DNA from: Felis catus
Taxonomy: Eukaryota
DNA: 64,000 nucleotides
NCBI RefSeq assembly: GCF_018350175.1
Contig: NC_058369.1
Location: 117,738,001-117,802,000, forward strand
Direction: 5' to 3'
Shown: piece after piece, positions 26,138-39,314 of the stretch
How the letters are laid out: the number at the start of each line of letters is the position of its first letter
How positions within the stretch are numbered: position 1 is the first letter of the stretch
Translations under genes and position numbers: made by a program
Notes under the pieces: generated by a model
Databases searched by the model: none
What the model saw: only the letters and a program-made list of their open reading frames with translations
What the model was told of the DNA's origin: nothing

Positions 26138-26580
26138 GGGACATCTGGGTGGCTCAGTCAGTTGAACATCCGAGTGCAGCTCAGGTCACGATCTCATGGT
26201 TCGTGGGTTCGAGTCCCCGTGTCAGGCTCTATGCTGGCTGCTCAGAGCCTGGAGGCTGCTTCCGATTCCGTGTCTCCCTCTCTCTCTGCCCCTCCCCCTC
26301 TCACACTCTGTCTCTCTGTCTCTCTCAAAAATAAATAAACATTATAAAAATTTTTAGGGACACCTGGGTGGCTCAGTCGGCTAAGCGTCCAACTTCGGCT
26401 CAGGTCATGATCTCACGGTCCGTGAATTCAAGCCCTGTGTCGGGCTCTGTGCTGACAGCTCAGAGCCTGGATCCCATTTCAGATTCTGTGTCTCCGTCTC
26501 TCTCTGCCCTTCCCCTGTTCATACTCTGTCTCTCTCTGTCTCAAAAATAAATAAACGTTAAAAATAATTTTTTTTTAATT
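26138..26580 (+). mobile_element. Two tandem feline SINEs (26138-26356 and 26357-~26580)
   Basis: Two consecutive heads; the second begins in the A/T tail of the first. Confidence 0.95.
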
Positions 26581-27189
26581 TTAATAAAAACAAAACAGAA
26601 AAGAAAAAACAAATAGGTGCAGAAGAGTAAAGTGAACACTCACCATACTGTCTTAACGATCACAGGCGGAAGCTGAAGAGATCGTTGGGCACCCAGGCCC
26701 CTTCTCTGGCTTCATGAAGCACCATATGCTTCTTCCTCCTCTGGGCACCAAATACAATGACCAACTATAGATGCAGTTCCTGCTGGCAAGCCAAGGAAAG
26801 CATTCCCATGGCATAGGTTTTCCAATTCCTTTCTCCACCATAATCAAAGTCAACACACAGGAGGTCTAGTGATAGTCAAAAGTGGAGATAAACTAGACTT
26901 TTTAAATGCCCGACTGAAGGCGAAACTAAAGGGTGACAATCCTGGTGAACCAAGCAAGTCCTATGGGGATGGGGGCATCACAAATGTTCCTGTTGCCATC
27001 TCCTGGGAGAGGAGAAAGATAACCGGCGCTTTCTGAGTGCCTCTTACATCCAGACAATTCACTGCATATCTTATGATCGCAAACAGCATTAAATAAAGAA
27101 ACTGAGGCACAGACTGGACTCGCACCAGTCTTACTTCTGGGAGGCCCTATATGGTGGGGTCACTGGCTGCCTGGCAAGCCCACCCCCAC

Positions 27190-27616
27190 TGCTCTTTGCC
27201 TCGTGCCAGCTACACTGTACCTTCAGCTGCTCCTCTAGCCGAGCAAGCACCTTCCTCAGGACATTTGCACATGGGCCTAGAATATAAATCCCTAGAAATT
27301 CATCAGCTCACTCTCCTGCTTCATTCAGATCCCTGCTAAGCATCACCTCCTTGAAAAAACTCTTCTGACTTCTGTGTCTGTGGTCGCACCTCACTCTACA
27401 TTCCTTACTTGCTTTATTTTCCTTTAAAAGCCGTGTGTCTCTCCCTGAATCATATGATACCTACATATTTGATCATTTGATTTCTGCCTCCCCCCACAAC
27501 AAGAAAACCATGAAGAGAGAAACATTCTCTAGTTTGTCCTGCCAAAATATGTCCTGAATGCCCTCAATGCTGCCCGGCGCATCGCGAGCACTGAGCAAGC
27601 ACCTGTTGAAGAAATT
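27190..27616 (+). mobile_element. L2 3' end remnant
   Basis: ggacatttgcacatg...ttcattcagatccctgct...catcacctcct...ctgttgaagaa. Confidence 0.6.
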
Positions 27617-28273
27617 CCGATAGGCAGCGTATTCCAAACACGAATCCTCCTGATTAGAGAAGCCCTCCTAGCTTCCACCTTCACGGGAACCATCCATGTG
27701 GCTTATTCCCAGGGCCTGCTGCTTGAGAAAGCTAGCCCTCCCCGCTCTCCCAGGTCTGCGGCATATACACACGTGGCCGCTGTCTGGAACCACAGGCTGG
27801 TGCCTCCGGGCGAAGCTGAGAGAGATCACCGGACCCTGCACAGCACCGCTGTCGCTCTGCTCCAATTACCTGTGGCTGTGTGCAAAGCCCAAGAGCTCCC
27901 TCTGGGGGGCGCTATCTCCTCTCTGCCTTGCTCTGTGGCCCGGTTTCTCCTCTCTGAACCCATCACGAACAACCTTGGGGTAGCAAACACCCAAGGAAAA
28001 CGCCAGGAACTTTTCAGACACAGAGCAGGCAAACGCAGCCACGTCCGCATGGAATGTCACAGGCAAGGCCAAGAAAATGAAGACCTGCACAGCCTCCATA
28101 ACCCGGAAAATTCCAGAAACCAGGTCAGGCCAAAGGCGGCTTTTCAGTGAACGTTAAATCAAATCCTCTATTAAGTGTTGTAAGGTCCTTAGGAGCAAGA
28201 GCGCACCCACTATCTTCCACCTGGGGATTTGTCCACATATCACTTCATGTTTTTATTTAAAAGCACAAAAGGA

Positions 28274-28496
28274 GGGGCGCCTGGGTGGCTCAGTCGGTTG
28301 AGCGTCCGGCTTCGGCTCAGGTCATGATCTCATGGTTTGTGAGTTCGAGCCCCGCGTCGGGCTCGGTGCTGACAGCTCAGAGCCTGGAGCCTGTTTCAGA
28401 TTCTGTGTCTCCTTCTCTCTCTGTTCCTCCCCTGCTCATGCCCTGTCTCTCTCTCAAAAATAAATAAACATTAAAAAAAATTTTTTTTAATAAAAT
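28274..28496 (+). mobile_element. Feline SINE
   Basis: TSD aaaagcacaaaagga 28259-28273 / aaaagcacgaaagga 28497-28511. Confidence 0.95.
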
Positions 28497-29094
28497 AAAA
28501 GCACGAAAGGAGATGTTTGAAAAGATAAAATAACACAGACCCCAAAAGAGGATCCAACTGCAACGTAGCAGCCTGTCTTTGTGATTTTGGTGAGACCGAG
28601 CACCTTAAAAGCGTGAGTTTAAGGAACTCAAGGTGAGAATACTCAGATGCGAGAAACCTCCTTCTGCAGGTCAGGTTGCACCTGAAATCATGGTGGGCGG
28701 ACAAGGGGCTCCTTCCTGCCGCGGGGCTCCATGCACCGTGGGCTGTGCTCTCCGTGGGCCCTGACAAACGGCGCATGCAGTGCTCCTGCACCCGCCCGTG
28801 CTTCCCGCCAGCGGCCGCTGCCACCTGAAGGAAGGAACAGGTGCTCTGCGACCCTCATTTCCATCAGAACCAGCTCTTTCCTGCACCCTCCATCTGTGAC
28901 TCCTCCTGACGGTGAGAACGAGGGAGGAAACAGGAAGACGTGTCAGGATGCACTGTGGGGTTGTGAACAGTTTTACAGGTTGTGAAACATTCTCACCAGC
29001 AAGGGTGTCCGGGGCTTCCACTATGCCATCCTTCAAATTAGTGGTTTCTGGAAGGCTCTAACAGCAACAGTCAGCCTTTATGTACATAAAGACG

Positions 29095-30205
29095 AAATGC
29101 CTACATGAAGGGATAAACAAAATGTGGCATACCCCATACCCTGGAATATTACTCAGACTTAAAAAGGAATGAAGGGGCGCCTGGGTGGCTCAGTAGGTCA
29201 AGCATCTGACTCTTGATTTTGGCTCACGTCATGATCTCACAGTGTGTGAGTTCAAGCCCCATACTGGGCTCCACGCTGCCAGTGTGGACCCTCCTTAGGA
29301 TTCTCTCTCTCTCCCTCCTTCTCTCTCTCTCTCTCCCTGCCCCTCCTCCCCTCACTTTCTCTCTCAAAACAAATAAATAAACTTAGAAGAAGAAAAAAAG
29401 GAATGAAGCTCTGACACATGCTACAACATGGATGTACCTTGTTGTACATTTATTTTTGAAAGAGAGAGATTTATTTTTGAGAGAGAGAGAAAGAGTGGGG
29501 AGGGGCAGAGAGAGAGGGAGAGAGAGAGAAGTCCAAACAGGCTCTGAACTGTCACTGAAGAGCCTGATGTGGGGTCAATCCCACGAACATGAGATCATGA
29601 CTTGAGCCAAAACCAAGAGTTGGACACTTAACCGACCAAGCCACCCAGTCACCCCTGAATTGTGTACTTTATTTTTTTATATAATTTTTTTATTTTTTTA
29701 ATATTTATTTATTTTATGAAGAGAGAGAGAGAGAGCGCAAGCAAGGGAGGAGCAGAGAGAGAGGGCAACAGAAGATCCAAAAAGGGCTCTGTGCTGACAG
29801 CAAAGAGCCTGAAATGGGGCTCCAACTCACAAACTGTGAGATCATGACCTGAGCCAAAGTCAGAGACGCTCAACCCTCTGAGCTACTCAGGTGCCCCTGA
29901 ATCGTGTACTTTAAATGGGCGAATTGGGGCACCTGGGTGGCTCCGTTGGTTAAGCATCCGACTTCGGCTCAGGTCATGATCTCACAGTTCGTGAGTTCAA
30001 GCCCCGCGACGGGCTCTGCGCTGACAGCTCAGAGCCTGGAGCCTGCTTCCGATTCTGTGTCCCCCTCTCTCTCTGCCTCTTCCCCCACTAGCACTCTGAC
30101 TCTCTCCCTCTCTCTCTCAAAAATAAACAAAAATTTTAAAAACTTTATAAATGGGTCAGTTGTGTGGCATTGAAACCATATCTCAACAAAACGATTTTTT
30201 TTAAT
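29095..30205. mobile_element. L1MB-like 3' end (+) fragmented by four SINEs: 29174-29394 (+), 29449-29655 (-), 29672-29897 (-), 29926-30147 (+)
   Basis: L1 pieces (ggataaacaaaatgtgg, catgctacaacatggat, tgaattgtgtacttta, atatctcaacaaa) lie between the SINEs. TSDs aaaaaggaatgaa, tgaat(t/c)gtgtacttta and taaatggg. Confidence 0.9.
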
Positions 30206-30269
30206 GAAAATGAAAAAAAACTGCCTAGTGCACACGTACCATAAATTGTCCCACTTCAAACACATCTTT

Positions 30270-30480
30270 TAGTATTGTTTGCTGATTATGCGTTGGTCAC
30301 AAAATCAACTTAGTAAATTGTACTGAGCGGTTTTAAATAATAAAATAAAAACCAAATGGAATTAGCGTAAAATATCAGGGTACGGTGCACAAAGTAAAAG
30401 CCAGCTTCATCTCATAAAGCTTTAATTTTCATTTGGTGAGCATGCACTGGGTCACAATGTGCTATTTCAAAAACTTGTGA
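30270..30480. mobile_element. Probable hAT-Charlie-type MER remnant
   Basis: ggtcacaaaatcaacttagt...aaaatatcagggt...ctgggtcacaatgt resembles recalled Charlie-family non-autonomous elements. Confidence 0.5.
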
Positions 30481-30864
30481 CATGTTTTATGAAGAGTCCT
30501 CACGTAACCTACTTCCTCCGCGCGTCCCATCAAAGGGACTCTGTTGCACAACCCTAGACAGTTCGAGATTTGCCGCTTGACTCATCAATATCCACAGTCA
30601 AAGCTATCATCCAATTTTCCTTGTGTCGCCTCCAGAAGTATGACGCTTGGCGTGTGCGTCTGTGAAACAGCAATCCAGATTTTGCCATCAATATTAATGA
30701 CAGAAATGTTTTATTCTCCCAAACAGTCATTCTGTCCGTCTCTCTTCCAGGATGCTGGGGCGTCTGCCGACCTCGGTATGAAATTCAGGCTTGCTGATCA
30801 CGTGGGGTTCCATGCCACAGAACTGAGAAAGCCATATCCTCTCCTAGGAAGTCCCTGGTTTCTA

Positions 30865-30985
30865 TGCATCCTTTCATTTACTGAGTCAATAAATGTCTTT
30901 GGAGGGCTGGCTATGTGCCAGGCGTACGGGACATACAATCGTGACCAGGGTAGGCATGGTCATCGCCCTCCGAGAGCCCACTGCC
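30865..30985 (-). mobile_element. L2 remnant
   Basis: caataaatgtcttt...ctatgtgccaggc...catggtcatcgccctc. Confidence 0.55.
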
Positions 30986-31645
30986 TTATTGGATGTCAGA
31001 GTCCAGCTGTCAGAAGACAGATACGGTCTCAGGTTCTTTTTAGAACTGACCATCAATTGCTGCATGGCCTTTGGCAAGCTTTTCCACTCTGCCACTCTGA
31101 GGTTTGTTTGCTCAGAGGCTGCATTTTTCTGGCCCACTGAGAATCATAGGATTTTAAAGCTGGGAAATTCCTTAAAGAACAACTCCCCCACTTCACATGA
31201 GGACTGAGGGCCCAAGAGGTGACGTCCTTGCCTACTGACACATGACCAGCCAGAAGCATGTCTTCCAGCACCTCCAGCCCGTCCCCACTGCCAACCCATA
31301 GTGAAGCTGAATGTGGCCTATTCTTTGTGAAGGGCTAAGAGGCTTTCAAAGGAAGCACCTTACATCCCGGACTTCTCAGAGAGACGGTAGTGCGAAATGT
31401 TCCAGCCGCAGCTAACATGAGAAGAGCCAAAGTTGTATCTGGATCTTACCAGAATGTTTTCAGCAACGCACAGGCCTGGGAATGATAACAGCAGGGGCCC
31501 CTGTTACAGGAACATTCCCCTCAAGTCTCCTAATAAATCCCCTTTCTCCTTTTGAAGTTTAAGTGCTCCCTCACTGAGTGGCTTTCTGATATCCAGGACC
31601 CCCTCTGGAAACAATGGCCATGTTCCCCAGACCTGGGCAATCAGC

Positions 31646-31700
31646 TTGTTTGGTAGGTTGGTTGGTTGGTTGGTTGGATGGCTGGGTGGATGGGTGGGTG
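31646..31700. repeat. (TTGG)n/(TGGR)n tetranucleotide repeat
   Basis: Direct inspection. Confidence 0.85.
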
Positions 31701-32338
31701 ATTTTTCCCTCCCTCCAGCCTCTTAAAAATCCAGCCAGCATGCTAGGAGCTCTTGGTTTAGCTTTCCCCAAATCCCAGCAGTTTCCCTAGAAGTCTGTCC
31801 CATTAAACATGAAATCCACAGAACACACACCAAGCTACTTTTTCTCTCCCCTAATAAATCAGGCAAATTACCTCCTTTGTTTTTAAGACCATTTCGAGTT
31901 CACTTTTAACATTCTTAGTTAAGGTATTATTTATGTTACACTTTAATTGAGATTTAATCCACTTTTCAGCACACAATCATACCACAATATCCCTGAATTT
32001 TTTGCTCCTATTACTAAAGTTGAGAAGAAAGGTAGTTTCCCTCAGACGCAACAGTGATCATTTCCAGATTGTGTATGGCTCTCTGGCACTTTAACCCACC
32101 TGAGTTTATAAGGTCCACCAAAATAAATAACAGTTTGGTCTGCAAAGGATTGAACTGTGTGAATATATGCAGAGAGAGATCTATGTTTATCTCCACTTTC
32201 TAGAAACGTAAGAGTCTTCGGCAAGTATGTTTACACACAGCAGAAACCATGTGAATCTCCTGGTAAATGTTTGCCTTCACACTACTGGGGCATATTGTAC
32301 ACCAGATGGTTTGGTCAAAACAAAATTATAGATGTGTG

Positions 32339-32342
<4 letters not shown>

Positions 32343-32372
<30 letters not shown>
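32343..32372. repeat. (CA)n microsatellite
   Basis: Direct inspection. Confidence 0.95.
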
Positions 32373-32373
<1 letters not shown>

Positions 32374-34039
32374 TTGAGTAACGGGGCTCCCCATTTTTTT
32401 GAATTTTTTTTTCTCTTCTCATGCATGAGAAAGAATGTAGAACTACTTGGGATAATGACCAATATGTTCTGTGTTTACTGCTGCTTTCCCTCGCTAGAGC
32501 TTAACTCATAAAATTTTACTCCAAATTAAACAAACTTGGGCTCTCCTTACAGCCAGTCAAAAGCTACCACTTACACCGAAGGAAATTTTGACTCCCATCT
32601 CTGAGAGGTTAAATGGCCACCACTATGGAAAGATAATAGGGTCTCTTTTTTCTCCCCATGTTCTGCTAATCCTTGGAGGTGCCAGAATTCTCATCTATAC
32701 TCTGGTGCCCACAGCACTTCAACTGGATTAGAATGGAAGCTACAAGAATCACAGATTGACGTTGACGTTTCGCCTGCTGTTTTAAAAAATTATCTGATTG
32801 CTTCAATAACAGTTATTTAGAGAATTAAGAGAGTCAAGAATTTTCCCAACGAGTAGGCAAGAAAGCATTGTCTTTGACAATGGCAGACAACTTCCAGAGG
32901 ATAGCATGTTTAGAATAGGTTTAGGAACTCCCTCACCATCCCATCTTTTCAGCCATGATTTCTGTGGGGATAATTAGGGGTTGTCTTTGAAGAACCCAAA
33001 GGAGAGAATGTGTACACAACCATGTAGTTCTGTGCCTAGAGCACAGAACATTCTCAATGGATATGAATTCCATCGGCATCCCAGTCTTGAGACTGTAATC
33101 CAATGATGCGTGTAAAAGACCTTGAGAAAAAAAACAAAAATCTCAAGGTCATGTCATTCCGGCCCTGACCTCAACAGTCTATTTGTCTTCCTCTCCACAG
33201 CACTTGGGTTTCACAGCCTCCAGCCCCCGAGACAACATTTTTACCTGGAAGAAGCTTAGAGAGGGTTTTAATTTTAGAGGGGCATTTATAAAGACCATTT
33301 GATGCAAGCCCCCTGCTTCCTACTCCCCAAGGTCTGCTTATTTTCAAACATGCCCGCCTGGAGCCATGGGTGTGTTTTTGTGTGGTCCAGTTCCCGTTTT
33401 ATGGATTGTTCCTGGACTCTGGAATCCCTGGAATACTTCAATTACGAAAATTACCATGTGCTGGGTCCTTTCGGGTTGACAAGACTGCTTTCCTTTCTCT
33501 CTAAGCCGGGCTGTGTTTGTTTACGTAGGAAATGTACTCTTTCTGAACATTCAGACTGTTTCAACATCCACTTAGATAGGCCCATTAAAAATAGGAGGTT
33601 AAGAAAATTAAGAAGGGAGGCAAGAGAAGGACAAAGAAAATACATCCTCAGGTTCTAACCGAGAATCTGGTTCAGAACAAAATTAGAAAATCAGAGGGTG
33701 TTTCCTTTTCATGGTTGAGACAATGCTCTGCTTGTTCTCGGAGGCAAGGAGGACTACCCCACTTTGGATCACTGGTTACTTTGTGCAAAGTGATTTTCCT
33801 GCTTAAACTCCGTGCTTTCTTCTATGTTATCTTTTCAAAGGCAAATTAGATAAACCTATGTCCCCAGACTATCTCCTATTTGTTTGAATAGGAAATGCTA
33901 ATATTTTCCTACACGTTTTGCTCGGTGTCAGTGGTAACTCAGGTTGGTGGTTAAGACAGGCCTCTTTCAGCTCTGGGAATTTCATTGGCTGTCTTCCAGG
34001 AGCCATGAGTTTCATGGTGCTTTTAAATAACGATCTCCA

Positions 34040-34251
34040 GGGGCGCCTGGGTGCCTTAGTTGGTTGAGTGTCCGACTTTGGCTCAGGTCATGATCTTGCA
34101 GTTTGTGGGTTTGACCCCCCAATCGGGCTCTGTGCTGACAGCTCGGAGCCTGGAGCCTGCTTCGGATTCCGTGTCTCCCTCTCTCTCTGCCCCTTCCCCA
34201 CTCATGTTCTGTCTCTCTCTGTCTCTCAAAAATAAATAAACATTTAAAAAA
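34040..34251 (+). mobile_element. Feline SINE
   Basis: TSD taaataacgatctcca 34024-34039 / taaataacgatatcca 34252-34267. Confidence 0.95.
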
Positions 34252-34765
34252 TAAATAACGATATCCATACCTATATGGATTATCTGTATTATTTAACAAG
34301 AGGGAAAGGAAGTTAGATTTACCTTTTCTATATGTAATGAATGTATCTTTAAATGTGTCATTTCCTGAGGGCTTTTCTTCTGACCTTCTCTTCTCCACCT
34401 CCACTCAAGTTACTTTGGCTTTCCACCCCCCCCACTGCCAGACCAGCTTTCCAAACTCCCCTCATCCTCTACCTAAAGACTCACACTTAAGTAATCGTCA
34501 CCACCCCCCTCCCCGCCCAGGATCCCTGCCTGGTTCATCTGTGTCTACACTCTCGTGGGTCGAAGGCAACGCCTGTCGCAGCATAGCCCTGTCCCTTCCC
34601 ATGAGTCCCTAATTGTGTTCAGACCCCTGTATCCGACAGGGAAGGAAGCAGGAACGGTAGCAGAAACAACATTTCTGAAACAACATATTCTCCAGGCAGA
34701 CAACTCCATCCTCGGACATCACAGCCCTTTCCTCCATAGCCAGCACCGGCCCCGCCAACATTTTT

Positions 34766-35045
34766 TTCTGTAGTTTTCGGAGTACAGATCCTTCACCTCC
34801 TTGGTTAAGTCTATTCCTAGACGTTTTGTTTGGGGGATGAAGTTGCAAACAGAAGTGTTTTCTTAATCTCTCTTTCTGCTACTTCATTATTAGTGCATAG
34901 AAATACAACTGGTTTCTGTGTACTAATTGTGTGTCCTGCCACTTTACTGAGTTTATTTATGAGTTTTAGCAGTTTTTTTGGTGGAGTCTTCAGCAATTTC
35001 TCTCTATAGTGTCATGTCATCTGCAAAGAGTGAGAAGTTTTACAT
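34766..35045 (-). mobile_element. Internal L1 ORF2 fragment (RT region including FADD codons) with no 3' UTR
   Basis: The reverse complement of tcatgtcatctgcaaa encodes FADDM; the adjacent sequence follows L1 ORF2. Confidence 0.85.
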
Positions 35046-35707
35046 CCAGCATTTTTAAGAGTGAAGCTTGCCATTAGCATCCCAAGCTCCATTTTGCAAT
35101 ACCTTCTTTTCAGACACACACGGTGAGGTACCCAATGCCATCTCCCTTCCCCTTATGAAAACCTACTCCTAGAAAATCTAGCGTGAGGCACTTACATCTT
35201 AATGTAAACTTAAGTTCACGTGTTCCCTCTCTCCAGGGAACTGAGATTCTGAGCCCCACATCTAATTAAAAGATGAAGGTTTGTTCCCTCTAAATCCTGT
35301 TTCAGCCACGTGCTCAGATGGTAGAGGCAATACCTTAGGCAATCAGACACATTCATTGTCACCAAGACAAACAGACCACATAAGCGGTGTGCTTCTCCGC
35401 TGGAGTTAATCAGGCCTCTCCTAAGAACCTTAACACGTCCGTTTAAACCCAAAGCTTCAAACCTGAGAACCTTCCATGCTAAATGGTAACACTCCTGTCC
35501 TGCCACTTTTTATTCAAAACCAATATCCTTAGCTGTATACCCAGCAGATACAAATGAGTAGCATTTATGCCCATTATTAACGAAAGCGCAAAACAGCAAC
35601 GAGTAGAGGCAGTCTAACTGTGCAGCCACGAAGGCCTCAGCCTCAAGGCCCTTCCAAGACCCAATAAGAACACCTAGCAATTTTATATGCGTGATTTTCT
35701 ATTCTTT

Positions 35708-35749
35708 ATATTTTTTTTATGTTTGTTCATTTTTTTTTGTTTGTTCATT

Positions 35750-35785
<36 letters not shown>

Positions 35786-35952
35786 TGTGAGTGGGGGAGG
35801 GGCAGAGAGAGAAGGAGACACAGAATCCAAAGCAGGCTCCAGGCTCCGAGCTGTCAGCACAGAGCCCCATGCGGGGCTCAAACTCACAAACTGTGAGATC
35901 GTGACCTGAGCCGAAGTCGGACGCTTAACTGACTGAGTCATGCAGGTGTCCC
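35708..35952 (-). mobile_element. Feline SINE with long (GA)n
   Basis: Reverse CanSINE. Confidence 0.95.
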
Positions 35953-36019
35953 TATATTCTTTTTAAAGAGGGCCCAAAAATTATATGAACTTTAGTCCCC
36001 ACAAAACCTACGTACATCC

Positions 36020-36393
36020 TGTCACAGACTGAATTGTATACACCCCCCAAAATCATATGTTGAAGCCTCAACCCCAGTGTGACTGCATTTGGAGGTAGGG
36101 CCTTTAAAGAAGTAGTTAAGGTTAAATGAGCTCCTAAAAGTGGGGCCCTCATCCAATATGACTCATATCTTTATAAGAAAGGATGAGCCACCAGGGATGT
36201 GTATACACAGAAAAAAGGCCATGCATGGAATAGCAAGGTGGCCTTCTGGGAGTCTAGGAGAGAGGCCTTAAGAGAAACCCAACATGCTGGCATCTTGATC
36301 TTGGACTTCTAGCCACTGTAAAGAAATAAATCTCTGTTGTTTAAGCCAGCCACGGTGTGGCCTTCTGGTGTGACAGCTCTAGAATACTAATGA
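36020..36393 (+). mobile_element. MLT1B-like MaLR solo LTR
   Basis: tgtcacagactgaattgt...catatgttgaagcc...ggttaaatgag...cttgatcttggacttct...aataaatctctgttgtttaagcc. Confidence 0.88.
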
Positions 36394-36417
36394 ATAATTG
36401 TAGAAATTAAGAACCAT

Positions 36418-36631
36418 TTTTTTAATGTTTATTTACTTATTTTGAGAAAGAGAGAGAGAGTGCATGCCTGCACCTGGGAGTGGAGCGGGGTTTTGGCGGG
36501 GGCAGAGAGGGAGAATCCCAAGCAGGCTCTGTGGGGTCACTCAGAGTCTGACTCGGGGCACAAAGAGTGAGATCAAAATCTGAGCTGAAATCAAAAGTCC
36601 GACGCTCGACCAACTGAGCCACCCAGTGCCC
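36418..36631 (-). mobile_element. Carnivore SINE (diverged)
   Basis: Reverse CanSINE; flanks aagaaccatttt / aggaaccagtttt. Confidence 0.88.
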
Positions 36632-36669
36632 CTAGGAACCAGTTTTTAGCTTTTCATTAGCAAATTCCA

Positions 36670-38090
36670 TTCATGATAACATTGAGTGCTAACCAAAGTG
36701 GGGTAAAACAGGTAATCGCATGCATGATCAAACATACACTGCTGACAGCACACACGGTCCTGAACAACTTTTTGAAAAGCAAGATTGAAATAAATATTAA
36801 GAGACAGAAAAACACTCATTCTCATTGACCTAGTAATTCCTCTACTGGGAATCTATCCTAACCAAATAACTCAAAATAGTTTTAAAAATATATACACATT
36901 AAAATATTATTTACAATATCTGCCCATGACTAGAAGCTCCCCCTCCCCTAAATCACAAGTTGTGTGGCCCTTGGATTTCTGCCAGACTTTTGCAGATTCC
37001 CAAATTTGATCATACATCTATATATGGAATTGCATTAGTTTACTTGCCAACAATAGCTTTTTCTATTTCGGTATGCATGCCTCTTTGCAACGTGATATTG
37101 CTTCTCTGTCCATCAAAGATAAGGTCTATGAATGAACTTTGATCTGGGCTTGGCCATCTGGCTTGCTTTGTCTTGTGGAACATTAGCAAATATGATGCAA
37201 GCCCATTGAAAAATGCTTGAGAAATGCTTGCGTGTGAATTTTGCTTTCTCTTTCTGCACTCAAAACCATGAGACCACCATGAGCTCAATCTAGAGAGGTC
37301 ATGTGTGGAAAAGGCCAAGCCACGCTAGCCAATAGCCCACCAACCCCAGGTCCATGAGTGACTCCATCCTAGGCCATCCAGCCCCAGCCAGTCATCCCAG
37401 GCCAGAATTCTCCAAGACTTTTCAACCAACCTCAGCATCATGAGCTAAATAACAAATGTTTGTTGTTTTAAGCATCTAAGTTCTTCATGGCTTGTTATGC
37501 AGCAAAAACTAATAGAATAATTTCCCATAAGATGCATATGGGACAAACAGAAAATAGAAAAACTATGTTAATATCCTGGTATTGGGCAATCAGTTCGTGG
37601 ACTGGCTGGCTAGCTCCCAGACCCCAATCTTATGATTCAAATTCCCCCATAGCTTTCATAAAATTACTAATTATTATAAGCCTTGGGCCTTTGGAATTAC
37701 TTGAGAACAGGTGAAATCTTGAACGATAAAGCTGCAAGTGTCCATGGTCAAGTTTACTATAAAGTTGCAAGTGACATAAATGCTGTGCATTTCTTGCTCT
37801 GCCTCAGTTAAGCCATTTGAAATTATGGCTATGAAGACAATACAGAAGCATGGGAAATGTTTTAGTGCAATATTAAATGAAAAGAATAAGATACAAATCT
37901 GTCCTTAAATTACGATGACAAATACATAAAAAGAAATAGATACATAGTTATGCTAAGGGAAAAGTCTGTAAAGAGTTATACCAAAATGCATTAGAAGCTG
38001 CTTAAGGGTGTTGGCTTATGAGTAATTTTTTTCTTCCCTATGTTTTCTGTAAGGTAATTATATTACCTTCATAATTAAAAAAAATCAATA
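36670..38090 (+). mobile_element. Ancient L1ME-like 3' pieces (~36670-36920 and ~37800-38090) flanking an MLT1 LTR
   Basis: ttgacctagtaattcctctactgggaatctatccta and attaaatgaaaagaataagataca...ataccaaaatg. Confidence 0.55.
37030..37518 (+). mobile_element. MLT1 (H/F-like) MaLR LTR
   Basis: ccatcaaagataagg...tctgggcttggccat...cttgcttt...ttgttttaagc...ttgttatgcagcaa. Confidence 0.75.
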
Positions 38091-39314
38091 TACAATCGTT
38101 TTTAAAAATTGAAATCTGGTTAGGGGTAGAACTCAACTGTTTGCTTTATAATCTTTGACCTCGCTAGCATACAAACTCTCTCTGCTAGTTAAAGACTGTA
38201 ATATCCCAGAAGATGAAAATGCCTATAGTTTTCTGATTTATTTGGGTCTTACTAATATTGTACTGGAGTTTTGCATAAATCTGTTTAAACTCAATTTAAA
38301 CTACCTTTGGAGACCAGCGTGAGCCTAACCTCACTAAATTATACATTGTTGAAACCTCCTGGCCGAGGCCCAGTTTGATTCAGATCTAAGCTGAGTACAG
38401 AGGCAAAAATCACGCTGCCACCTTTTAAGGGCACAGAGGCTCTGAAAAATGGCTCCCAACCCAGTTATCTAGCTTGGATTGAGTAGACCTTAGTTATTCT
38501 CCAAAGAAAACCCTAAAGCCTCTGCCAACTTGTATATATTTATACCCACAGCCAGGAAAGCCTCTTGAAAGAAAAGATAATAAAATCAGGCTATAGAAGT
38601 ACGTTTCTGTGCCCTCCTGCCATTGAACAATCTCTTTATAGAGCAATTCCTTTGACCTCTGACCTCTACAAGTTCCCGTCTTTCAGCCAGCCTTCCCTCA
38701 TCTCACATCCAATCATTACACAGTGTGTCCAAATGAGTGAAAACGTGGATTTCATCTCCAAGAAATATTCTTGTGAAACTGAAACAGAAAAGATTCTGGT
38801 CAGTTTGTAGTCCAGCCTCCCCCAGACAATTACCGCGGATTTCCCACATCACTCGCTCCGCCGGCTTAGCATAAATTCTTCCTAGAACTGTTGTCAGTCT
38901 CTATTAATAAACATAGTTCCAACATACAAATTCAATCACATTATGAAATCTCATATGTCAAATGGCAAAACTGTAACACAGAAAGTTTATGTAATTAGAA
39001 TATTAAACAACTGTCACTCAGCTGACATACTTTCAATCCCACACCAGTGAATGGCCCCATTAATATGGAAAGGAGCAGGATTCGGTCAGCTTTATTGCTT
39101 TGTCCATCAGCCACCCATGGAGTGGTCCTAGGAGCTGAACTTGATTCCAGGAAAAAGTCTGCCCTGAGGAAAAAAGGGAAGGAGCTGAGCTTATAAAACC
39201 TCAAGCCAAAACTTTAACCATTTGCCTGCTGTTTGTTAGACGCTGTACCTCCACTCAGCTGAGTGTCAGGACTTCAAGGCTGCAGAGGTGGACTGGAAAC
39301 TTCCAGAAGAGGGT

